From a virus, in IMG/VR virus record IMGVR_UViG_3300024517_000002: 46,082 bases of DNA. One strand, given 5' to 3'. The notes below the pieces were generated by a model, which was not told the DNA's origin, made no database searches, and saw only the letters and a program-made list of their open reading frames with translations. This document shows, in pieces, positions 17,601 to 24,685 of the stretch. Position 1 is the stretch's first letter; every line of letters starts with the position of its first letter. The position numbers and the translations under genes are program-made.

Positions 17601-20289
17601 AGCGGAGTTTTCCTCCCTCAAGCGCCTTGCCGAGCGCATCCGCGTAGCATCTCCCGACCAGCGCGCGGCCCTAAAGACCGAGCTCAACGTAGCTATCCGC
17701 GAGTTCGAGGCCGGAGTGAAGCGGAACCGCATCGCTTTCGAGAAGAACCTCGCGAACCCTGACATCATCGCCGGGGGCCAGCAGGCCGCTTCCATCGTCG
17801 CCGACGCCAAGCGGCAGCAGAAGGCCGCGATGGACAAGCTCCGCACGGCCGACAACGCCCGCCAGGGAACGCTGAACAATCTCCTGCGAGACCTCCGCGA
17901 GCCCAGGCTGGCCATCAGTACCGCCCTCCTGAAGCAGATGGACGCCGCGGCGACGAGCGCGACAAAGGCTCTGCAGGCGGCCGGCTCGCGGCTGGATAAG
18001 CGGATAGCCACGGAACAACGGAACACGCTGAAGCGCATCAGCGAGACGAGGTTCCGCGGGCAGGTCAAGGCCGCGGTGCGGATCAAAAAAGAGTCCGCGC
18101 CTGTCGCGTTGACCATGACCGAGGCCGAGCTCGATGGGTTCATAAACTCGATCATCAGGAAGCGCCAGCCCGGAGAGAACCCCCTCGCTGCCCTCTCGCA
18201 GAAGATCGCCGGGTCGAAGCAGCTCGGCACCCTGAAGCGCCGTCGGGAGCTGGCCCCTCAGTGGCTGGAGCTCCTGGGGGAGAACCGCGAGGTGCGTACG
18301 AACTACGCGACCTCCGTCGCCAACATGGCGCAGCTCGTCACCAACCACCGGTTCCTAACGGAGGCTCGAGAGGCTGGCCTGCAAGGCGGCTTCTTCCACG
18401 AGAAGCCCATCGTGGTTGACGGCATCTCCTACGACACCCCGGTGGGTGCGGCCGACAACCCCGCGCTGATCCCCCTCGTTGGGAAGAAGGGAACCCTCTA
18501 TACGACACCGGAGATCAAGGAGGCGATGCTTGACGCCTTCTCCAGCACCTCCCTGCCGGCGATCGTCAATGGGGTGATCAAGGCCAACGGCTTCGTGAAA
18601 CTCAATAAGACCGTGCTGTCGGTCATGACGCACGTCAGGAACTACATCGGCAACGCCGGGTTCGCGCTGGCCAGTGGACACATCAATCCCGTTTCCATAG
18701 CCCAGGAGTCAGCCAAGGCCGCACGGCGTACGACCGCCGAGGGGTCCACCGCCGATAAGGTCTTCGGCGTTCTCTCCGGCAATCAGACCCGCCAGCAATG
18801 GGAAGCCGAGTTCACGCGCGCGTCGGAGCTTGGCGTGGTGTCCAGCGGCGCGGCCTCCGGCGAGGTGCGCAAGCTGACGGAGGAGGTCTGGGGTGACCGC
18901 AACCAGGACCCGGCGTACCTGTACGCGAACAAGATGGAGCGCGTTCTCCGTCAGGGGATCGACAAGGCCTCGCAGTTCTACCAGCTGGGGGATGACGCCT
19001 GGAAGCTCAACGGGTTCCGCCACGAGAAGGCGCGCATGCGCAAAGCGTACCCCAAGGAGTCTCAAGCTCAGATCGAGGAGCGCGCCGCCGAGCGCGTTCT
19101 GCTGACGTACACCGACTACAGCAGGCTGCCCCGAGCCGTGCAGTTCATCCGCCGCGTACCCTTCGTCGGAGCCTTCGTTGCTTTCCCGACGGAGATTGTC
19201 CGCATCTCGGGAAACACGGTAAGGCTGGCGAAGTCGGACCTCAAGAGCGGGAACGCTGAGCTTCGCAAGCAGGGGGCTCAGCGGATGATGGGGGCGCTCG
19301 CCGCGGCGACTATCCCCCAGGTGCTCTGCGCCGCGGCTAGAGTCCTGTCCGGTCTCACCCGAGACGACGATGAAGATGCGCGCATGTTTGTTCCGCCGTG
19401 GTCGGAGAACTCATGCCTGATGTGGATGGGCCGCGACGAAGACGGCGTGGCTGAGTACATCGACATCTCGTACGTGGACCCGTTCTCCTACATCAAGAAG
19501 CCCATCATGGCCCTACTCCGCGGGCTCAGCGATGGGGAGATCGACGACGCGGCTCTCGGGGCTCTCGGCGAAGCATCGGAGCCGTGGATCGGCGAGGACA
19601 TCATGTTCGGCGCCATCACGGACGTGCTTCGCAATAAGAAGCCCACCGGGGGCCGCGTGTTTGACGAGGCTGCATCGTGGGATGACAAGGCCCTGGAGAT
19701 CGGCGAGCACCTGATGCGAGCCGCTGAACCCGGGACCATCTCCAGCGCCCGCCGCATAGCCAAGGGGCTGAACGACGAGGTGGCAACCTACGGCAGGAAG
19801 TACGACTTCGAAACCGAGATGTGGGCGGTCTTCACAGGCATGCGCCGTCAGAAGTTCGAGATCAGCTCCAGCCTCTCGTTCCTCTCGGGGGACTTCCAGA
19901 GGGATTGGAACGACTCATCACAGACGCTCTCCCAGACCCTGAAGACGGGGACTCTCGAGATGTCGGACGATGAGATCCGGGATGTCTACGAGCGCACCGA
20001 GGGGCAGCGCAGGGAGGCGTGGAAGAAAATCTACAAGGCCTCCCAGGGGGCCATGTCCCTTGGCGCTACCCCCGAAGAAGTCGAGGAGGCCCTCAGGACC
20101 TCCCTCTCAAAGAAACGCGCCAGGTCGATCATGGAGGGGCGCTACGAGCCGTATGTCCCCTCCTCGTCGTTCATGCGGACATCCCTGAAGCGGGCCGACC
20201 GTGAGCGCGCGGACGAGTTCCAGCGGAGGATAGAGGTTCTCCGCGGCATTGCGGACGAGGCCGAGACCGTGTATCTACCGGAAGACTAG
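14644..20289 (+). CDS. Giant internal virion or ejection protein (putative, 1881 aa)
   Basis: Track ORF immediately after the previous stop. Size and position resemble the largest core or ejection protein of podoviruses. Confidence 0.6.
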   Translation: MLQETTPDIFDELLGAVQERPDTNEEAVVRGLSNAIGAAGSFPAGAIEFLGIVEDKVGDGLRAFSEQADALSFLDPLGEDLQARGEALRTAGQVMSKAAVELIDQPESKARGGLAGFLSQDFASAGGSLIPLLAFGGAPALGMLMSGAAMGAQEYAEQETRDPDDELKMWGALLGGLGLGATEWLPVSRMLTRINARSGGQLKRIMVDRLIDGGEEAAQEMFQTFGSNAIAKFIGEEDRDLSEGVLRAGTAGGAVAVLTGIAGSGINTSLGSTAGRSTDTDFGSVGTSVPGDLPPGFQEVKDPSSIDSAPIGSLPRLQTSGGDVRRGKDAAPGEPEVPAIQYIDGGITIEQSEGEVQFIPPMEIVQRATAQGLVTPEEGRAMAEAINEASPTEAPPSVVVDENGKPSLTNKPPVAPGAIEDPKTFQKQMFASLEGLRKLGFIRLAKKGKFTDVDTTDPESLPDSGKRAAPREIEEGPEALKARVLNTGDAPAFMFDTSSNPFPEVEPDISDGTELSPPRPDPLASIRGLLPQKPSEEGRVEEAAGESDGDPAVLTAAAPAEEAAGQETGAPGGEPVSTSTSLDEAAESDERKKARETARRTRDTARKGGFVVPPRKKKAPKEAKRVKQARKALALFQGSTAKELESNTDEGPRGQVIRGLLDEHGSREEVIKALEGEVTAAATVEPVAAPEPAAEPEPALPAATVPPGRAQRIDTTPPVLPTITADTTSEAKVENLSQADIDEDFLAKAAEAGKKGDPEDEIQVLGAGIMPLIKLPGIEAVRRFYRKNLRPRGDRPESLDKIKRRSENWYTGQMEQVQITNQTFEREMKKEFGSNAKDADVASLIDDALKDPLKRGSIKNKNIRGLLQKMRDHIDLLSRTAVRDGVVEGPMALRFSENQGFYVTRSFRVHSDPKHLDNLDPRIRNNFKAFLRSEYISNRRAEEIQKKFSDAAERSVGRQLKASEQRRKRLEQFSKGELKQIVKREKAEFSSLKRLAERIRVASPDQRAALKTELNVAIREFEAGVKRNRIAFEKNLANPDIIAGGQQAASIVADAKRQQKAAMDKLRTADNARQGTLNNLLRDLREPRLAISTALLKQMDAAATSATKALQAAGSRLDKRIATEQRNTLKRISETRFRGQVKAAVRIKKESAPVALTMTEAELDGFINSIIRKRQPGENPLAALSQKIAGSKQLGTLKRRRELAPQWLELLGENREVRTNYATSVANMAQLVTNHRFLTEAREAGLQGGFFHEKPIVVDGISYDTPVGAADNPALIPLVGKKGTLYTTPEIKEAMLDAFSSTSLPAIVNGVIKANGFVKLNKTVLSVMTHVRNYIGNAGFALASGHINPVSIAQESAKAARRTTAEGSTADKVFGVLSGNQTRQQWEAEFTRASELGVVSSGAASGEVRKLTEEVWGDRNQDPAYLYANKMERVLRQGIDKASQFYQLGDDAWKLNGFRHEKARMRKAYPKESQAQIEERAAERVLLTYTDYSRLPRAVQFIRRVPFVGAFVAFPTEIVRISGNTVRLAKSDLKSGNAELRKQGAQRMMGALAAATIPQVLCAAARVLSGLTRDDDEDARMFVPPWSENSCLMWMGRDEDGVAEYIDISYVDPFSYIKKPIMALLRGLSDGEIDDAALGALGEASEPWIGEDIMFGAITDVLRNKKPTGGRVFDEAASWDDKALEIGEHLMRAAEPGTISSARRIAKGLNDEVATYGRKYDFETEMWAVFTGMRRQKFEISSSLSFLSGDFQRDWNDSSQTLSQTLKTGTLEMSDDEIRDVYERTEGQRREAWKKIYKASQGAMSLGATPEEVEEALRTSLSKKRARSIMEGRYEPYVPSSSFMRTSLKRADRERADEFQRRIEVLRGIADEAETVYLPED

Positions 20290-20315
20290 ACCCCGCAAAC
20301 CCAAAGGAAACACTG

Positions 20316-20486
20316 ATGAAAGCTGGATTCAAAACTACCGAGGCCATGTTCACCGCTGCAGCGATGGGTGGGTCCTTCGTCATGGCGGCCGGCGGGCTTC
20401 ACTGGGGGCACAGCCTGGCAATGTGCCTGGCCGCGGGGATGTACTGCATGGCCCGAGCCAGGACCAAGAAAGGGGGTGATGCTTGA
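20316..20486 (+). CDS. Small two-TM membrane protein (holin-like, 56 aa)
   Basis: Manual ORF MKAGFKTTEAMFTAAAMGGSFVMAAGGLHWGHSLAMCLAAGMYCMARARTKKGGDA. AAAGGAAAC lies upstream. It has two hydrophobic stretches and a basic tail. Confidence 0.5.
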   Translation: MKAGFKTTEAMFTAAAMGGSFVMAAGGLHWGHSLAMCLAAGMYCMARARTKKGGDA

Positions 20487-20707
20487 AGCGGCTTGTTCTC
20501 GTCATGGCCCTCGCTACCCCCTGCACCGGATGCGAGGGGTTCAGCAACTGGGTTCGTGACAATCAGGAGACCGTCGAGGCTGGCGGAGCGACCGTCGGCC
20601 GGCTGATATCCGCCCCCCTCGGCCTACCTCCTGGGCTCGGAGAAGCTGCCGGCATGGCCATCACCGGATGGATCCTGGCGGCGATGGGTGCGCGCAAGAA
20701 GGCCTGA
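20483..20707 (+). CDS. Small protein with an N-terminal signal or lipobox-like sequence and a C-terminal TM segment
   Basis: TTG start overlaps the upstream TGA, with GGGGGT upstream. The N-terminus reads MKRLVLVMALATPCTGC. The C-terminus reads MAITGWILAAMGARKKA. Confidence 0.5.
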   Translation: MKRLVLVMALATPCTGCEGFSNWVRDNQETVEAGGATVGRLISAPLGLPPGLGEAAGMAITGWILAAMGARKKA

Positions 20708-20784
20708 CGACAGCCCTCTTGCGGAAAGTGGCCTTCGTGGGAAATCCTCCCCGCGGAGGCCGCTTTCGTAGTATAAGTGCCGTC

Positions 20785-21330
20785 ATGTATGTTGACCAAG
20801 AACGGGCTCCGAACCCGGTAAAATCGGAACAGATATTCGTCTCCATGTGCGTTGGGCGCGCGTGGGAGCGCGGCTGGATGGATCAGGATGAGACCACCGA
20901 GCTCAGTGATCGCATGGAGGTCGTGATGAAGCACTCCGCGAAAGCGTGGCGCATATATCAGGCCGCGGCGGCAGCCTACGCCGACAGCCTCACTAGGCCT
21001 CAGGTGGCGCCGACCCCCGATGTCGTGTTCATTCCGGACCCTCCGGCTGGCATCCCTGACGTAGACCGAGCGACCACGCTCGCGATCCTCATGGACCGCA
21101 TAACGGCAGCGCAGAACACCGCCGAGCTGCGCGCAGCAGCGAACGACGCGAAGACCTTCGGCTTGACCCCCGACGAGAAGCCGATGTTTATCAACGCGTA
21201 CGACGAGCGCCAGTCGATGCTGAACAACCCGGTGCCCCACTCGGAGGTCCACCTGGCCGGCACGCAGCCGGCGCTGCCGACGATGGACCGCAATCCGCAG
21301 TACACCGAAGACCCGGAGGCGAGCCATTGA
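20785..21330 (+). CDS. Hypothetical protein (181 aa)
   Basis: An internal ATG of track ORF 20668..21330 is preferred because the AT-richer promoter-like tgTAGTATAAGT sits 7-10 nt upstream. The start is uncertain. Confidence 0.5.
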   Translation: MYVDQERAPNPVKSEQIFVSMCVGRAWERGWMDQDETTELSDRMEVVMKHSAKAWRIYQAAAAAYADSLTRPQVAPTPDVVFIPDPPAGIPDVDRATTLAILMDRITAAQNTAELRAAANDAKTFGLTPDEKPMFINAYDERQSMLNNPVPHSEVHLAGTQPALPTMDRNPQYTEDPEASH

Positions 21331-21896
21331 AGCCCGACTGCCACATCCTGGGGACGCTGGTCTCGCAGGAGAACTTCCCCTACAAGAACGGCACCATGAT
21401 GGGCGTCCGCGCCATGATCATGGTTACCGACCGCAGGACCGGACCGGGCGGCGTGGGCTTCTTCGACGAGGAGCTCATGTACGAGATAGCGGCGTTTGGC
21501 CAGCAGGCCGAGCAGATGCGCCTCTACCAGCCGGGAACGCATATGAGCTTTTGGTGCGACCTGAGCGCGAAGCAGGGCCGGCCGCAGGTGCCCCAGCCTG
21601 GGCAGCCGCCGAAGCCCCCGCGCTGGTTCCTTGACCTGAAATTCAAGGGCCCGTCTCCGATGCAGCAGGAGCCGCAGCAGCCTCCGCCGCCGCCGCAACA
21701 GCCGCAGTACGCTCCGCAGCCGCAGTATGCTCCTCAGCAGCCGCCGCCGCCGCAGGCCCCACCGCAGTATGCTCCGCCGCCCCAACAGCAGCCTCCGCAG
21801 CAGCCGTATGCCCCACCGCCGCAGACGGTAAGCATGCCTAGCTATGTACCTCCGGGGGCTCCGTTGCCGCCGCAGATCGACGAGACCCCCTTCTAA
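21327..21896 (+). CDS. ssb: Single-stranded DNA-binding protein
   Basis: The N-terminal half is OB-fold-like. A long Pro/Gln/Tyr-rich linker follows, and the C-terminal acidic tip IDETPF resembles the bacterial SSB tip DDDIPF. Confidence 0.7.
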   Translation: MKPDCHILGTLVSQENFPYKNGTMMGVRAMIMVTDRRTGPGGVGFFDEELMYEIAAFGQQAEQMRLYQPGTHMSFWCDLSAKQGRPQVPQPGQPPKPPRWFLDLKFKGPSPMQQEPQQPPPPPQQPQYAPQPQYAPQQPPPPQAPPQYAPPPQQQPPQQPYAPPPQTVSMPSYVPPGAPLPPQIDETPF

Positions 21897-21907
21897 GGGA
21901 ATGACCG

Positions 21908-22381
21908 ATGCCCGAGCTCGAAACGCAATCCATTGCCATACACCCCGTCCGCCCCAACGTACGCCTAGCAAGGCGCCGGGGGGAGCTGGTCCTACAGCAA
22001 GGGATGGGCTCGGGCCCCGTCTACAATTGGGTCCAGCTGGCCACCACTCGCTCGACCCCCTGGCTCGGCTGGCTCATGGAGCTTGCAGCCCAGGGGGCCG
22101 AGGGAGCTCAATCTCCAGCGAAGAAAAAACCGGCCGCTTCTCGCTCGTCAAAGAAGCGGGGGTCAAAGCGAAACCGCGGGGGCGCCAAACGTGGAGTTTC
22201 CCGCCCGGCTTCGTCGGGACCTTCTCCCAAGCCCATATCTGGAAGCGGTTCCCAGCCTTCATCCAAAGCACTAGCGGATGGATTGGCGGCACCTGCCCCC
22301 ACTCTTTCTCCCCGTGCTTCTTCGAGCGGTGCTCAGCCAAAGTCTCCGGCCAAGAGGAAACGACCTTCCGGAGCTTCGTGA
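21908..22381 (+). CDS. Questionable ORF (157 aa, basic Ser/Pro/Lys-rich tail)
   Basis: Only the first 55 or so codons have high GC3. The rest is antisense to the better-looking reverse gene 22074..22577. Confidence 0.3.
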   Translation: MPELETQSIAIHPVRPNVRLARRRGELVLQQGMGSGPVYNWVQLATTRSTPWLGWLMELAAQGAEGAQSPAKKKPAASRSSKKRGSKRNRGGAKRGVSRPASSGPSPKPISGSGSQPSSKALADGLAAPAPTLSPRASSSGAQPKSPAKRKRPSGAS

Positions 22382-22577
22382 TGTGGCCGGAGGTCTCGCC
22401 TCCCTTGCCCACCGCCTGAATAGCCAGGGATCCCTCCTGGCTATCTATCGCCAACACGTCGATCCCGTTCCAGAGATCCTTCGTGGGCGCATACATCGTT
22501 GCGGGCTTATAAACCGAAGCGACCGGCCAACCGAGCTGCCGGCACCACCTGATAGTTTTCCCGGAATAGTCAACCAT
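22074..22577 (-). CDS. Nuclease-like protein (possible PD-(D/E)XK, Hjc or VRR-NUC-like fold)
   Basis: Internal ATG (MVDYSGKTIRWCRQLGWPVASVYK...GIDVLAIDSQEGSLAIQAVGKGG...). The layout resembles archaeal Hjc-type resolvases, but the E-x-K motif is not intact. GC3 is higher than in the antisense + ORF. Confidence 0.45.
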   Translation of the reverse strand: MVDYSGKTIRWCRQLGWPVASVYKPATMYAPTKDLWNGIDVLAIDSQEGSLAIQAVGKGGETSGHITKLRKVVSSWPETLAEHRSKKHGEKEWGQVPPIHPLVLWMKAGNRFQIWAWEKVPTKPGGKLHVWRPRGFALTPASLTSEKRPVFSSLEIELPRPPGLQAP

Positions 22578-23022
22578 GGCTAAGAAGATAACGATTGAGC
22601 GGTTCCTGCGGAAGGTCGTGAAGGTTGAGGAGGTGAAGGGGTCCAGGGCGGTGGGTGGGTGCTGGCTATGGACAGCATCAACCAACGGTGGCTATGGGCA
22701 ATTCACCGCAGGGGGGAAGAACCGCCGCGCCCATCGATGGCTATGGGAGGTGGTCAACGGGCCCGTGCCCAAAGGCCTGGAGCTGGATCATCTCTGCCGA
22801 ACCAGAAACTGCGTCAACCCCGAACACCTCGAAGCCGTCACCCACCACGAGAACGTGCTTCGGGGAGAGTGCGGCCTAGCTACCGCCGCGCTCAACAGAG
22901 CAAAGACCGAATGCCCACGGGGGCACCCGTACAGCGTCGAGAACACTCGTTACCAAGGAACAGGAAGAGCCTGCATTACCTGCATAACCCGCAGAAGCCG
23001 AGAGAGGTACTTAGAACTATGA
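22576..23022 (+). CDS. HNH homing endonuclease
   Basis: GGCWLWTASTNGGYGQF...RAHRWLWE...LELDHLCRTRNCVNPEHLEAVTHHEN is the classical phage HNH_3-type signature. The C-terminal Zn module is CPRGHPYSVENT...GRACITC. Confidence 0.85.
   Translation: MAKKITIERFLRKVVKVEEVKGSRAVGGCWLWTASTNGGYGQFTAGGKNRRAHRWLWEVVNGPVPKGLELDHLCRTRNCVNPEHLEAVTHHENVLRGECGLATAALNRAKTECPRGHPYSVENTRYQGTGRACITCITRRSRERYLEL
22585..22590 (-). promoter_or_regulatory. -10-like TATCTT (minus strand), 7 nt upstream of ATG 22577
   Basis: It lies inside the 5' end of the divergent HNH gene. Confidence 0.3.
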
Positions 23023-24602
23023 CCTACCTACTGAAGCCCGAGGGCGTGAGCCCGAAGCGGGCGCTGTCCGAACACGAGACCCGCATCGCGCAGCTCGTGC
23101 CCGACGCGCTGAACATGGCCATCATGCTGCGCGACGGGAAGATCCCCAAGGCCCACCGCAAGCGAGCCTCCGATGCCGTGTGCGATTGGCTCGAGGAGTC
23201 CGTCCTGATTGGCGGAGAGATCATCAACGCCACGCGCAACCTGGACGTGTTAGATGATGGGGAGACTCCGGAGCCCGACCGACCCAGCCACGAAGACGAG
23301 GATGAACCCGATCCCGAGCCCGATCCCGAGCCCGATCCCGAGCCCGGCCTACTCATCCCCGCGGAACCGCCTGAGCGGTCTATTGACGAGGTGGGCCCCT
23401 TGATGGGCTGGATGGAGCCCGGCCTGCTCTGCATCCGGAACCCCGACGGAACCGGGGCGCCCGCCGTCCCCTGCCACGCCAACTATGCAGCGAAGGCCGT
23501 CAAGCTCCTCGATGGGCGCCCTGGGATCATCGACGTGCGCGGCGATTGTTCCGCCGGCACCAACAGCCTCGGCGGCGCTGGAACGCCGTGGGCGGCGGAT
23601 GGCGGCTACTGGGAGGGCAAGCCTCTACGCGTAGCCTTCCGGGGCGTCATCCCCGCGGCCACGCTGGGGGAGATCACGCTCCGTCAACGCATGAACAACG
23701 GCGATGAGCACGGCGTGGAGCTCCTGTGGCTGCAGAACCTCGCGGTCCAGGCTCGCTATCGATCCTGCATCGGGGCCCCCAAGGGGGATACCCTCGGAAC
23801 GCTGGTCATGCGGGGCGTTCGGCTGAAGCCGTTCCCGGCGTCCAAGGCTGCCGGTGAATACGGCGGCTATGGGTTCAAGTGGGGGATGCGGTGCAGCGCG
23901 CGGATGAACTACGACATCGACGGGCTGATCTGCGATCCGGTGCAGGAACACGTGATCTACGTGGACTCGCCGTATGGGTTCACGCGGTTCTGGAACGTGA
24001 CCCACCAGGACTCGTGGCGTACGGCCATCCAGGTGGTTTGCCGCTCGAAGGACAACCCAGGCCCCCCCGGAGGCGGGACCCTGTGGGTCAAAGACCTCTC
24101 GGCAACCTACTCAACGGAGGGCGAGGGCGGAGCGGCCTTCACTGTCGCGGGAGGGTTCGATGGGGACATCATCGCGGACGGCGTGTATGTGGTCGAGAAC
24201 CACGACGGTAAGCATGTCCACGGGGCTATCGTCATCTGGGTTGACGCCGGGCCCAAGCACGGGGCGTACCTGTACGACGCCGCCGGCGTCATCGAGGGGG
24301 TCGTCGAGGATTACGTGGCCTACACGGGGGCCGTGGTGCTGAATAACCTCAACATATCCCTCCCTGCGGGAGATCGGGACGTGGTTGCGGTGAGGGGGGC
24401 GGCCCACACCCAGATCGGGAGTCACGCCATCAACAGCCCGAAGGCCCACTTCTCGTTTGACGGGCCCTACCAGCTCGCCGGAAACCTGGCGCGGTTCAAC
24501 ATGGGCCCCATAACCACGCTAGAGGGACTTCCTGAGCTGGTCCGGAATGAGAAGATCGAGTTTCTCGCCCCCGTTGACGACCCCAAGGTCCGCTACCACT
24601 AG
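23019..24602 (+). CDS. Hypothetical 527-aa protein (possible beta-helix fold) with a DPEP tandem repeat
   Basis: An internal ATG overlaps the HNH stop (ATGA). The (DPEP)x4 linker lies at about residue 100. The C-terminal 350 aa have short beta-strand and Gly/Asn-turn periodicity. Confidence 0.6.
   Translation: MTYLLKPEGVSPKRALSEHETRIAQLVPDALNMAIMLRDGKIPKAHRKRASDAVCDWLEESVLIGGEIINATRNLDVLDDGETPEPDRPSHEDEDEPDPEPDPEPDPEPGLLIPAEPPERSIDEVGPLMGWMEPGLLCIRNPDGTGAPAVPCHANYAAKAVKLLDGRPGIIDVRGDCSAGTNSLGGAGTPWAADGGYWEGKPLRVAFRGVIPAATLGEITLRQRMNNGDEHGVELLWLQNLAVQARYRSCIGAPKGDTLGTLVMRGVRLKPFPASKAAGEYGGYGFKWGMRCSARMNYDIDGLICDPVQEHVIYVDSPYGFTRFWNVTHQDSWRTAIQVVCRSKDNPGPPGGGTLWVKDLSATYSTEGEGGAAFTVAGGFDGDIIADGVYVVENHDGKHVHGAIVIWVDAGPKHGAYLYDAAGVIEGVVEDYVAYTGAVVLNNLNISLPAGDRDVVAVRGAAHTQIGSHAINSPKAHFSFDGPYQLAGNLARFNMGPITTLEGLPELVRNEKIEFLAPVDDPKVRYH
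23310..23345 (+). repeat. 12-bp tandem repeat x3 (gatcccgagccc), encodes DPEP repeats
   Basis: Read directly from the sequence. Confidence 0.9.
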
Positions 24603-24631
24603 ACTCAGGCCGCAAGGTCTTCATTCATGAG

Positions 24632-24672
24632 AGCCCCCCGGTCGTTTGCATGGACGGCTGGGGGGCTTTTTT
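24632..24672 (+). terminator. Intrinsic terminator
   Basis: Stem agcccccc (24632-24639) with ggggggct (24660-24667), extendable inward. A T6 run follows at 24667-24672. Confidence 0.8.
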
Positions 24673-24673
24673 C

Positions 24674-24679
24674 TACGGT
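24674..24679 (+). promoter_or_regulatory. -10-like TACGGT, 6 nt upstream of ATG 24686 (leaderless type)
   Basis: TANNNT hexamer directly after a terminator. No SD lies before the ATG. Confidence 0.5.
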
Positions 24680-24685
24680 GCGGGC

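Noticed and set aside
21000-21971. A 323-aa reverse-strand ORF opposite ssb and its upstream gene.
   Set aside because: Its translation is runs of R and L (RRLLLGRRSILRWGLRRRRLLR...), produced by reading the P/Q-rich SSB linker backwards. The SSB frame has clear family features.
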